Below are positions 43,528-52,630 of a DNA stretch of 64,000 nt, one piece after another. The stretch lies in assembly GCA_002307275.1 (NCBI GenBank), contig DBTX01000021.1, positions 8,432 through 72,431 of the forward strand. The letters are read 5' to 3'. Position numbers and translations under genes: made by a program. A model generated the notes under the pieces. The model did not search any database. It was not told the DNA's origin and saw only the letters and a list, made by a program, of their open reading frames with translations. Position 1 is the stretch's first letter, and every line of letters starts with the position of its first letter. This stretch comes from Hungateiclostridiaceae bacterium UBA1305. GTDB taxonomy: Bacteria; Bacillota; Clostridia; Acetivibrionales; DTU013.

Positions 43528-44616
43528 ATGAAATCATTCATAGAGGAATTACAAGTTATAAAAGCACAGTGCGACTCTAGTGTGGCCAAGGAGCGCATTG
43601 AAGTTCTGGCTTCTGCGTTTAGGTCGAAGCCTGTCATATTATATGGTGCTGGGACACTCAGCACCTTTGTTATGGATCATTTATCCACCCACAACGTACA
43701 AGTAGAGTGTTTTTGCGACACCTTTAGGAGCGGTGTCCACCAATCAACTGGATTACCCATTATTTCTGCGGAGCAGTTGAAAAGCCAATACAGCGATGCC
43801 ATCGTCATCGTTACTTCAGAACTTCACGGCGCATCAATCTTGAGTACTCTTCAGAAAATCCAATATCCCGGAAAGATTTACTCTTTTGATGACTTACTTC
43901 CTTTCTACACCATTCCTTATAACAAATTCGAACCCCATGTGGATGGCTATCAGTGGGCCTTTGAATATTTTACCGACATGGAATCTAGACAAGTTATTTT
44001 GGATTCCATGTGTACCCGCTTGTTAGGGACAACAATGACTCCATCGCAAAACCATCAATATTTCGAACCGGATGTCTGTCCCTTGACTGACAGTGAAATA
44101 TTTGTAGACGGTGGGTGCTTTATTGGCGATACGGCAGAGGAATTTATCAGGCAGACAGGAGGGAAATACATCCATATTTATGGGTTCGAACCGGATAAGG
44201 TCAATTTGAAAAAAGCATTGGCAAACCTGTCACAGTACAAAAATATAGACGTTTTAAACAGCGGCTTATGGCACATGACTAATACATACAAGTTTGTTTC
44301 TGGTGCTTTCGGCAATAGCAAATTATCTGAGGACGGCGATACCATTGCCGATACTATCAGCCTTGATGAGTTTTTCTCTGATAAGCACGCTCCTACCTTC
44401 ATAAAAATGGACATTGAGGGAGCAGAATATTGTGCTCTTGAAGGAGCTAAAGACATACTGAAAACACGTAAGCCCAAGCTGGCTATCTGTGTTTACCATC
44501 AGGTTCACGATATATATGCACTTCCTCAGCAAATTCTGAAAATCAATCCGGAGTACAAACTGACACTTAGGCATTACAGCCGTTGGTACGCCGAAAGTGT
44601 TTGTTATGCGGTATAG
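43528..44616 (+). CDS. FkbM-family methyltransferase (paralogue of 39496..40617)
   Basis: 362-aa ORF with the same architecture: VILYGAGTLSTFV...FCDTFR, then IFVDGGCFIGDT...FEPD...FIKMDIEGAEYCAL...PKLAICVYH. Confidence 0.8.
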   Translation: MKSFIEELQVIKAQCDSSVAKERIEVLASAFRSKPVILYGAGTLSTFVMDHLSTHNVQVECFCDTFRSGVHQSTGLPIISAEQLKSQYSDAIVIVTSELHGASILSTLQKIQYPGKIYSFDDLLPFYTIPYNKFEPHVDGYQWAFEYFTDMESRQVILDSMCTRLLGTTMTPSQNHQYFEPDVCPLTDSEIFVDGGCFIGDTAEEFIRQTGGKYIHIYGFEPDKVNLKKALANLSQYKNIDVLNSGLWHMTNTYKFVSGAFGNSKLSEDGDTIADTISLDEFFSDKHAPTFIKMDIEGAEYCALEGAKDILKTRKPKLAICVYHQVHDIYALPQQILKINPEYKLTLRHYSRWYAESVCYAV

Positions 44617-44666
44617 ATATTTTATAACAGCCCCCTATTCAGGGGTTTAAAGAGGAGTGGACAACA

Positions 44667-45593
44667 ATGTTTATTGACAATCGATCAATTGATGTCATAA
44701 TATTTGGCGTTGGGCAAATCGGGCAGAGACTTTGCTTGAAACTTCAACAGGATAAGTCAGAGAATGTCCTTTTCTTTGTTGATAATAACGCTATGTATTG
44801 GGGGACGAGTATAACACTTAATAAGGTTGAGTATAAAGTTTTTTCTCCTGCAAAAATAAAAGAAGTAGGGTACACAAAAGTATGTGTTGCAGTAAAAGAC
44901 GCCAGAAACGACATATATTTGCAGTGCGTTACAGAATTAAGTGTCCCCAAATCAAAATTAGATTGTACTTTTCTAGATAGTTTTGTAAACGACATAGGAC
45001 AGCAGTATTTGATTGGCAGAATACAGTTTCTAAGAACATTTTCACAATTTGCTAAGATGAAGAAAATCGCAGGTGCGGTGGCGGAAGTGGGAGTCTATCG
45101 AGGTGCATTCGCCAGGGAAATTAACCAGAGTTTTCCCGACAGAACACTATACTTGTATGATACATTTGAAGGTTTTGACGAACGGGATATTAATATGGAA
45201 AAATCGTTATCCAGAGATGAGGCGAAAATAAATGGATGGCGAGACTTAATGGGAAACTTTGCAAATACATCTGAAGACTATGTGATATCCCTTATGCCTA
45301 ATCCTGAACAAGTAAGAATAAGGAAAGGATATTTTCCTGATACATTTAATGAGGAAAGCGAGAAATTCTGCTTTGTAAATTTGGACTGCGACCTATATAA
45401 TCCTATAAGAACAGGGTTGGAACGGTTTTATCCACGTATGGTTTGCGGAGGTATTATTTTGGTACACGAGTATTTTGATGAGATAAGTTTTTTACCTGGT
45501 ATCAAGGCTGCGGTGGACGAATTTGTTTCAGCTAATCACTGTGTAACTATCCCCATAGGCGACTGTCAATCAATCGCAGTGCTTAAGATATAA
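44667..45593 (+). CDS. TylF/MycF-like (macrocin-type) O-methyltransferase with an N-terminal Rossmann-like module
   Basis: 308-aa ORF. GAVAEVGVYRGAFAREINQSFPDRTLYLYDTFEGF ... FVNLDCDLYNPIRTGLERFYPRMVCGGIILVHEY fits the TylF family. The N-terminus is VIIFGVGQIGQRL...FFVDNN. Confidence 0.72.
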   Translation: MFIDNRSIDVIIFGVGQIGQRLCLKLQQDKSENVLFFVDNNAMYWGTSITLNKVEYKVFSPAKIKEVGYTKVCVAVKDARNDIYLQCVTELSVPKSKLDCTFLDSFVNDIGQQYLIGRIQFLRTFSQFAKMKKIAGAVAEVGVYRGAFAREINQSFPDRTLYLYDTFEGFDERDINMEKSLSRDEAKINGWRDLMGNFANTSEDYVISLMPNPEQVRIRKGYFPDTFNEESEKFCFVNLDCDLYNPIRTGLERFYPRMVCGGIILVHEYFDEISFLPGIKAAVDEFVSANHCVTIPIGDCQSIAVLKI

Positions 45594-45624
45594 GTAAATA
45601 GAGAAAAACTAGAGGTGAAGTGCT

Positions 45625-46731
45625 ATGAATTGCAAAACCTTACTATTTCACAATGGCGATTATCATAAACAAGCTCCGTTGCGGTTTAGTGAGATCATGA
45701 AAACATCTATGGAGCAGATTACACAGATATTCAGCAACTCTGCACATAGAAAAAATACGGGTGTGTTTTGTATGACAGACACATTGGCAAAGAATCTGGA
45801 TGCAGAGTGGATATCCGGAGGATATAATCTAAAAGATTCATCTGCGAACTCGGTTGTTACAAATTCGTTGCATGCAATATCGCCGACTCATTTTGCTGGT
45901 GTTTATGAATACTGGATGAAGTTGTTAGATTCTACGGTCAACTTAGTTCCTCTCTCTTGCGGATTTCTTTATCCTCCAAATGGGGAAGTGGTGCTCTCGA
46001 ACGATTTAATCAAACTTCTGTCTGCAATTAGTGAGAGAAATGAAATTGGCGTCCGAGGTGAATATGCAGCGGATGTATTGGTAAAACACGGGATTCGCAA
46101 CGTGAGAATTATTGGGTGTCCTTCTTTATTTTATCATAATTGCCGTAATTTTAAATTGCCTGTACAAACAAATAGTCGATCAATAAAACAAATTAATTTT
46201 ACTTTTCAAACAGAAGTATCACCACCAAAAGTTTTTTATGAACAGCACTTAGGTATATTCGACTATTTCCATAAATTGTATCAAGTAAGAGATAAGAATA
46301 TAAATTGGACCCTTCAATGGACACCGTTTCGTACAATGGTATCACTTACATCTTATAGGAACTTTAATGAAACAGTTGGTTTTCTTAACGAGCGGGGCCG
46401 TTATTTCTTCTCGGTTGATGACTGGATAGAACAACTGAAGCTTGATGATTTTTCAATTGGTACGACAATACACGGAAATATTGCGGCAATCAACGCTAAA
46501 ATTCCTGCATTACCCATCGTAATCGACAGGCGTATGGAAGAGATATGTCGTTGGCATAAAATACCCTATGTCCAAATGGAAAAATTTGATCCGAGCAAGC
46601 CAATCGAATACTACCGGGAACTGGCTGATTATTCAGAATTTAACAAGGCCTATGCTTCTAATTTCGATAACTATTTGGATTACTGCAGGAAAAATAAGGT
46701 GGCAATGAAACCATTGGTGGAAACAGTTTAA
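45625..46731 (+). CDS. Possible polysaccharide pyruvyl-transferase-family protein
   Basis: 368-aa ORF. The segment ISERNEIGVRGEYAADVLVKHGIRNVRIIGCPSLFY and the later GTTIHGNIAAINAKIPALPI resemble PS_pyruv_trans proteins. The recognition is weak. Confidence 0.45.
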   Translation: MNCKTLLFHNGDYHKQAPLRFSEIMKTSMEQITQIFSNSAHRKNTGVFCMTDTLAKNLDAEWISGGYNLKDSSANSVVTNSLHAISPTHFAGVYEYWMKLLDSTVNLVPLSCGFLYPPNGEVVLSNDLIKLLSAISERNEIGVRGEYAADVLVKHGIRNVRIIGCPSLFYHNCRNFKLPVQTNSRSIKQINFTFQTEVSPPKVFYEQHLGIFDYFHKLYQVRDKNINWTLQWTPFRTMVSLTSYRNFNETVGFLNERGRYFFSVDDWIEQLKLDDFSIGTTIHGNIAAINAKIPALPIVIDRRMEEICRWHKIPYVQMEKFDPSKPIEYYRELADYSEFNKAYASNFDNYLDYCRKNKVAMKPLVETV

Positions 46732-46746
46732 CATAGGAGATAAACC

Positions 46747-48393
46747 ATGGGCAAAATAGTCTTAGTTTCAATCCTGCCCACAAGCAGAAAACGTCTTTTG
46801 GAGTTGCAGAGTCAAGAAATCGCCTTGACGGAGTTGTTCAACTGGTCTACATGGCCGCTTGGCATTCTCTCTATTGAAAGCTATATAAAAAAATCCCGCC
46901 CCCAACTATCTGTGGAAATAGTTGACCTGAACAGGACTTTTCTTAAAGATATCAATGCAAGCGCAGATTATAAAGAGGGTTTAAAAGAGATAACAGATAA
47001 CTACACGCAGTTTTTGACCAAGGAAATCATCGATATTTGTCAGCGGGAACAGGTAGATATTATTGGGTTATCCGCGCTCTTTGATATATCTCTGTCGTCA
47101 CTTTTGCTTGTAGCCGAGGAAGTGCGTAAAGCGGCACCCAATACTCTCATCATTGCAGGAGGCTATCCCTGCACCAATTTCGCTGCTGATATCATTGCCA
47201 GAAATCCTGCTGTAGATGCAATTTGCCTCGGCGAGGGTGAGGTTCCCTTTGCTGAATTAATTGCCGCCGACGACAAGAAAGAATACCTGAATACATCGTC
47301 TTACTTCGTCACAAAGGCTCACAAGGGAGATACAAAAGGATTTATTCCAGACATAAACGACATTCCCCGTCTGAACTATGACGGCTATATCGCCAAATAC
47401 GGTGATGAAGTAATCAAGGAGTATGTAAACGTGCTAAATGGCGGGAAGGGGGCCTTTGGAACTGAAGGTATCGTTATGACCACCAGGGGCTGTCCCTTTT
47501 CTTGCGTTTTTTGCGCTGCCCACTCCATTCATGGAAGAAGCATGCGCTATCTTTCAATAGAACGAGTCAAAGAGGAAATTGATTATTGGATAGATAATTA
47601 TAATGTTGCTACAATAAATATTATAGACGACCATTTTCTGGCTGATGTGGGCCGTGCTATTGAGATAATCGACTATATATGCGGCAGAGGAAGAAACGTG
47701 TTCTTTGCCAATACCCTCTCCTTTGTTCCTGTAACAAAAGAGTTTGTTGATTGCCTGGTTCGCAATGGAATCAAAGATATTCACTTCGCCCTCGAATCCG
47801 GCTCCACCCGTGTACTGCGGGATATTATGCACAAACCTGTAACATTAAGGCGCGCTGATGAAGTGCTTTCCATGTTTAAAGGCACTGGCATTTTCGTGAA
47901 AATCGCCCTTCTCGTGGGATTTCCCGATGAAACGGTTGACGATATAAAGGAAGCTCTCCAGTACTTAAGGAAAGCAGAATATCATTGGGCCACCATCAGC
48001 AATTTGATTCCTATTTCAGGGAGTGTAGTATACAAACAAATCATTGAGGTTTCGGGGACTGAGTACAAAATGGATAACGCCAACGTGTTCGCAGCAGGAT
48101 ACGCAAATCCCGAAACAGTCGCATATATGCTGGGCGACATTAAATATACCATGAACTTGGATATTAACTTCGTCCATAATTCATATATGCGTATAGGAGA
48201 GTATGGGTTGGCGGCGGGACGTTTCGAATCGATCCTGAGAAGCTATCCTAATCACGCCTTCGCTCATTATTATCTCGCAAAATGCCGCGAGAAACTAGGC
48301 GAGGACGGAACCGAACATTATCAGCAATTCTGCCAATTGGTGAGCACAAGTGAATTGTGGACGAAATACGCTACACATTTCGGATTGGAGTAG
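46747..48393 (+). CDS. B12-binding-domain radical-SAM enzyme (class B, methylase-like)
   Basis: 548-aa ORF. The N-terminal region (DIIGLSALF...LIIAGGYPCT) resembles a cobalamin-binding Rossmann domain. It is followed by TTRGCPFSCVFCAAH (CxxxCxxC). Confidence 0.82.
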   Translation: MGKIVLVSILPTSRKRLLELQSQEIALTELFNWSTWPLGILSIESYIKKSRPQLSVEIVDLNRTFLKDINASADYKEGLKEITDNYTQFLTKEIIDICQREQVDIIGLSALFDISLSSLLLVAEEVRKAAPNTLIIAGGYPCTNFAADIIARNPAVDAICLGEGEVPFAELIAADDKKEYLNTSSYFVTKAHKGDTKGFIPDINDIPRLNYDGYIAKYGDEVIKEYVNVLNGGKGAFGTEGIVMTTRGCPFSCVFCAAHSIHGRSMRYLSIERVKEEIDYWIDNYNVATINIIDDHFLADVGRAIEIIDYICGRGRNVFFANTLSFVPVTKEFVDCLVRNGIKDIHFALESGSTRVLRDIMHKPVTLRRADEVLSMFKGTGIFVKIALLVGFPDETVDDIKEALQYLRKAEYHWATISNLIPISGSVVYKQIIEVSGTEYKMDNANVFAAGYANPETVAYMLGDIKYTMNLDINFVHNSYMRIGEYGLAAGRFESILRSYPNHAFAHYYLAKCREKLGEDGTEHYQQFCQLVSTSELWTKYATHFGLE

Positions 48394-48396
48394 ACC

Positions 48397-49902
48397 ATGC
48401 TATACAGAGCCTTTGGAAAAACGGGGAAAATGGTTTCAGCTGTGGGAATGGGCGCAAACCGCTTCAAACCGGAAGTTACTAATACTGCCGACGGTGTAGA
48501 GCAGTGCGCCCGGCTTGTGGTACAAGCCGCCACCTTGGGTGTGAACTTTTTCGACAGTGCTGCTGCGTATTCGGGCGGTAAATGTGAGGAAATCCTCAGG
48601 CTGGCTTTACGGCAAGTGGACGGAAAACGCTACATATGTGGTAAATCCTCCAGCCACCAGGAAAAGACCCAAGATGCTGTACTGCGACACATTGAGTGCT
48701 CTCTTAAAAATATAGGAATAGACTACTTTGACTTCTATTATATGTGGAGTATAAAATCCATGAGCCAATACCAGGAAATTATGACCCTGGGGGGGCCTTA
48801 TGAAGGTGTTACGGCGGCAAAAGAGCGGGGGCTTGTGAAACACATATGCTTTTCATCGCATACGTCAGCCCAGGACACGGTGCGAATCATACAGGACGGT
48901 GCCTTTGAAGGCGTATTGCTGTCATATTCCCTTTTAAATTTCCGTGAAAACAACAATGCCATCGAAACCGCTCAACGAAGCGGTTTGGGTGTTGCTGTTA
49001 TGAACCCGCTGGGCGGCGGAATCATACCGCAGAATGCCGAATTGTTTAAGCCGGCAGTTATGAATGATGATATTGACACAAACGACGCGGCACTAAAGTT
49101 TATCTATGCTCATACTGCTGTCAGTACCATACTGTGCGGAGTAGAAAATGGGTTGGAATTAGCGGCTGACGTGAAATCACTGTCAGCCACAGACAGGAAA
49201 GCAGACTCGCGCCGAACCTATGTCGCAGCCAATCTGGGGGCGTTTTCAGAATTTTGCACAGGCTGCGGATATTGTAATGACTGCCCTGCGGGAATTCCGA
49301 TATCTGCCCTGATGACTGCTTACAATCAGACTAGGTTTAAGTCGGATACATTTATCTACAACAGAACTATACCGGAGCTTATTAAACGAGGTAATTTCTT
49401 CCGAGCCCTTGAAGGTCATACGGAGTTTAAAAACAGTGTAAACCCTTGTATAAACTGCGGTAAATGTGAAAAAGTGTGTACCCAACGATTGCCCATCATA
49501 GACAGAATTTCTAAAATATACCGATGGGTGGAGGTCAGCTGTGCATCCCTTTTCGATCGGAAAAAGCGGTTGGGCAGCTTGATATCTACCCAATATCATC
49601 GTGTTGGATTTTACACAGCTGGAGGGTATACAGCTTTTATAATAAAACTGTATAAAAAATTATTGGGTGGCCTTCCCTTCCAGACGTATGTATTTGATTC
49701 CAATCCCCTCAGGTGGGGAGATGAATTCTCTGACGGATTTGTCATACGAAGCCCGGAAGAGATACCGGAACTCAACTTGGATGTAGTTTTGATTTCAAAC
49801 TATGTATACAGCGACCAAATTTACGAAGACCTGACGGTTCGTTTCCCGGCTGTGAATGTGCAAAGATTGCACACAGACAAAGATGTTCCGTGGGTTTTTT
49901 GA
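48397..49902 (+). CDS. Aldo/keto reductase fused to a 2x[4Fe-4S]-type Cys cluster region and a C-terminal Rossmann-like module
   Basis: 501-aa ORF. MLYRAFGKTGKMVSAVGMGANRF...NFFDSAAAYSGG is the AKR part. CTGCGYCNDCP and CINCGKCEKVC are ferredoxin-like motifs. The last 120 aa or so (VGFYTAGGYTAF...VFDSNPLRWGDEF...VVLISNY) resemble the N-terminal module of the FkbM and TylF proteins. Confidence 0.78.
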   Translation: MLYRAFGKTGKMVSAVGMGANRFKPEVTNTADGVEQCARLVVQAATLGVNFFDSAAAYSGGKCEEILRLALRQVDGKRYICGKSSSHQEKTQDAVLRHIECSLKNIGIDYFDFYYMWSIKSMSQYQEIMTLGGPYEGVTAAKERGLVKHICFSSHTSAQDTVRIIQDGAFEGVLLSYSLLNFRENNNAIETAQRSGLGVAVMNPLGGGIIPQNAELFKPAVMNDDIDTNDAALKFIYAHTAVSTILCGVENGLELAADVKSLSATDRKADSRRTYVAANLGAFSEFCTGCGYCNDCPAGIPISALMTAYNQTRFKSDTFIYNRTIPELIKRGNFFRALEGHTEFKNSVNPCINCGKCEKVCTQRLPIIDRISKIYRWVEVSCASLFDRKKRLGSLISTQYHRVGFYTAGGYTAFIIKLYKKLLGGLPFQTYVFDSNPLRWGDEFSDGFVIRSPEEIPELNLDVVLISNYVYSDQIYEDLTVRFPAVNVQRLHTDKDVPWVF

Positions 49903-49916
49903 GAGGGTAAAACATT

Positions 49917-51143
49917 ATGGCGACAGTTCTTGTTTATATTTGTGCTTATAATGCGGAAAATACATTAAGACGCACTATAGACAGTGTTTTTGCTCAGACA
50001 TACCATAACTGGGTTTGTTACATCGTCAATAACGGGTCTGCAGACGGCACCGGTGCCATTATCCGTGAGTATGCAGATTTCGATAGCCGCGTAATTCCGT
50101 TGGCAAATAAAAAAAATCAAGTTTGGGAACGGGGAAATAGAAGCATGGAGTTGATTCGGCAATATAATGACGACGATTTTTTCTGTATTCTTGATGCAGA
50201 CGATGAATACAAGCCAGACTTCCTTGAAAAATCTATCGCTTTTATGAAAGAGCATAATCTTAACATTACTGTATGCGGAAGTGTTTTTATTGACACACAG
50301 ACCAATACGGTATGCGGGATCAGAGAAGTAAGACAAAACGTAGTTATTGAGGGACAGCTTTTTTCAGATATGTTCCCACACTACCACCAATTTATGAGGA
50401 CCACATGGGGTAAGCTATATTCAATATCCGTGTTTCGCAAGTATGATTATTCTCGTGTGCCGTCTATCAACTATGGATGGGATACTCTATATGCACAGGA
50501 AAATTTTCGCAATGCCAACCGCATTGGAATCCTGGCGGGAACCCTACACAAATACTACATTTCGCCTAAATCATCTTCCTATATATGGGATGCAAAACGT
50601 ATAGAAAGTGACAACATCCTCTTTGACACGGCCAAGGACTTCCTCATATGCAAGTGTGGCAGCCTTTTGGCGCGTAACAAAGAATTCCTCCTGGGGGTCT
50701 ATATGAGCGCACTCAGTGATACACTGAAAGTATTACTGAACGCAGGTATAAGCAAAAGGGAAAAGCTCGATTCGCTAGGGAGTATGTTTCTGTGTATAAA
50801 CACCAAAGTACTGGCAGCGAGTGAGCACTTTGGTGCAGCATGCGGCAGCGAGGTAGAGTGGACAAAGTGGCGAAGGGAGTTGTTTAAAGAGGCAGCACAA
50901 TGGCTTCTTAATCAGGAGGAAGTGGCAGACGAGCAAGTGGAGGGCTTCTGTGAACTTGGTGAGTTTCTCTGCGCTGCCTGCGAAAATGCAGAGGGTTGGC
51001 TGTTTTTCAAGAAACTCCTTGTTACGTTTTTGATTGATAGTGGACGTGTGGATGAAGTGAACCCAAAGCTAGACGAGTTGCTTGAACTACAACCTAACGA
51101 TGCAGAGATTGAAGTTCTGGGCAGAAAAAGGGGGGCAAGGTAA
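49917..51143 (+). CDS. Family-2 glycosyltransferase with a helical C-terminal domain
   Basis: 408-aa ORF. VLVYICAYNAENTLRRTIDSVFAQT...IVNNGSADGT...ILDADDEY is GT2. Confidence 0.8.
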   Translation: MATVLVYICAYNAENTLRRTIDSVFAQTYHNWVCYIVNNGSADGTGAIIREYADFDSRVIPLANKKNQVWERGNRSMELIRQYNDDDFFCILDADDEYKPDFLEKSIAFMKEHNLNITVCGSVFIDTQTNTVCGIREVRQNVVIEGQLFSDMFPHYHQFMRTTWGKLYSISVFRKYDYSRVPSINYGWDTLYAQENFRNANRIGILAGTLHKYYISPKSSSYIWDAKRIESDNILFDTAKDFLICKCGSLLARNKEFLLGVYMSALSDTLKVLLNAGISKREKLDSLGSMFLCINTKVLAASEHFGAACGSEVEWTKWRRELFKEAAQWLLNQEEVADEQVEGFCELGEFLCAACENAEGWLFFKKLLVTFLIDSGRVDEVNPKLDELLELQPNDAEIEVLGRKRGAR

Positions 51144-51456
51144 AATTCGAAAAGTTAGGCTTGGTTAACGATTTTATTCTCCCAAGAACATGCAAGAACG
51201 GTCAGTGAATATTCTCAATATTGCCCGTTCCTGTACAGAAACCCAATAATTGCTCTGGTTGCTCCTCGCATTGCACTATCCTGTTTTTAGGCAAAAACTG
51301 TGTATATTATTGGGCCTTAACTGAGATAAATACACTAAATAATGGTGATGAATCAAAAGATTTCATTATCTAAAACCACTGTTATTACAATTAACTTTAT
51401 AAGCTCTGTTTACTGCTTCCTTAGCAATACTCAATTTAATATCCTTTCTTGATACC

Positions 51457-51882
51457 CTATTTCCCTTCATCCTTATTCAGGTAACGCATACCGATCACTT
51501 TCCTTGAAGCATCAGAAATGCCGCCGATTTCGCTCTTCATCTGACTTGCAGTAGCTTTGAGCTCCGATGCAAGATTTCTCTCACACTCATCACAAAATCT
51601 TCCGCTTTTTATAGATTTCCCGCAGTTCTCGCATTCCAGAATCATATTGCCGTCATCTCCGGTGATTTCAAGTCTACCGTCCTTTAAAAACCTTCTGATC
51701 TTTTCCACACCGATATCAAGTTCTATCGATACCTGTGTAATACTTGATCCGGGATTTCTATACAAATAATCCTTGATTTTTTTAAAATCCTCTTCCTCTG
51801 CTTGTTTGCATATCGGGCAAATCGGTGATCCGATATAATTGAAAATCTTCCCGCATTTTCTGCAATTTCTGACCTCTGACAC
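51457..51882 (-). CDS. yvyF: Flagellar-operon zinc-ribbon protein YvyF (TIGR03826-type)
   Basis: 141-aa ORF with a GTG start 6 nt after GGGGAGGG. It has CRKCGKIF...CPICK and CENCGKSI...CDEC zinc ribbons. It lies between comFC and the flgM block, as in B. subtilis. Confidence 0.75.
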   Translation of the reverse strand: MSEVRNCRKCGKIFNYIGSPICPICKQAEEEDFKKIKDYLYRNPGSSITQVSIELDIGVEKIRRFLKDGRLEITGDDGNMILECENCGKSIKSGRFCDECERNLASELKATASQMKSEIGGISDASRKVIGMRYLNKDEGK

Positions 51883-51897
51883 GTGAATCCCTCCCCG

Positions 51898-52578
51898 TTA
51901 ATATTTTCTTCCTGTGGCAACCACTGCGGCAGTCACTTTTGTTACGCCCGCCTGTTTAAGCATTTTGCTGCATTCTTCCACTGTCGAGCCTGTAGTAAGT
52001 ATATCATCCACCAGTAATATGGATTTCCCTTTTATCCTTGTCTGTCCTTTAACAAGAAAAGCCCCTTTTATATTCTCCTGCCTGTTTTGCCTGCTCAAAA
52101 GGCTTTGTGAATTCGTATACTTTTGCCGTTTTAACAGACCTGAACATTCCGGCAGATGAAGTTCCCTGCTGAGAGCCCTGGATACCAGATATGCCTGATT
52201 GTATCCCCTTGCGAATTCTTTCTGCCTGTGTAAGGGAACGCTCATCACCATATTATACTGCTTTATATCTATTATTTTTTTCAGCCTGCAGGCAAGCAGT
52301 CTTGCAAATGTCCTATAATAGCTCGGTTTGTTGTAAAACTTAAACCTGATAAGCGAATCCTTTGCCATGCCCGTATATTGGAATACGCTTACCGCTCCGT
52401 CGCAGTGACCACCCGTTTCATTCTCCAGCACAGGCATCAGCGTTTCCCTCGAGAACGGCAGCTTTGCGTAGCAGGCGCTGCATATATGGAGTGCTATGTC
52501 ATTTCCAAGCGATTCCCTGCAAAAAATACACTTCGGCGGGTATATCGTATTGGCAATTCTCTCAAGAATCCCCAACAA
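51898..52578 (-). CDS. comFC: ComF-family protein (ComFC-like phosphoribosyltransferase fold)
   Basis: 226-aa ORF. The N-terminal CxxC...CxxC (CIFCRE...CSAC) and the C-terminal ILLVDDILTTGSTVEE PRTase motif are present. The start codon (TTG) is uncertain. Confidence 0.85.
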   Translation of the reverse strand: MLGILERIANTIYPPKCIFCRESLGNDIALHICSACYAKLPFSRETLMPVLENETGGHCDGAVSVFQYTGMAKDSLIRFKFYNKPSYYRTFARLLACRLKKIIDIKQYNMVMSVPLHRQKEFARGYNQAYLVSRALSRELHLPECSGLLKRQKYTNSQSLLSRQNRQENIKGAFLVKGQTRIKGKSILLVDDILTTGSTVEECSKMLKQAGVTKVTAAVVATGRKY

Positions 52579-52630
52579 GCATCAGCTCCTTTTTACATCA
52601 CACTCCGAACACAAATTATATATCGGCATA

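Noticed and set aside
44183-44192. tRNA T-arm-like GGTTCGAACC motif
   Set aside because: It lies inside the FkbM CDS (..YGFEPDK..) and no cloverleaf context surrounds it.
38714-51143. Whether the glycosylation island is a recognisable mobile element
   Set aside because: I saw no integrase, transposase, flanking tRNA or long direct repeats at the borders. It is therefore reported as an insertion into synteny, not as a mobile element.
51144-51456. Non-coding gap of 313 bp after the island, with inverted repeat GAACGG...CCGTTC
   Set aside because: No T-run follows the hairpin and no ORF or RNA-family signature is present. It may be a decayed junction, but there is not enough evidence for a call.
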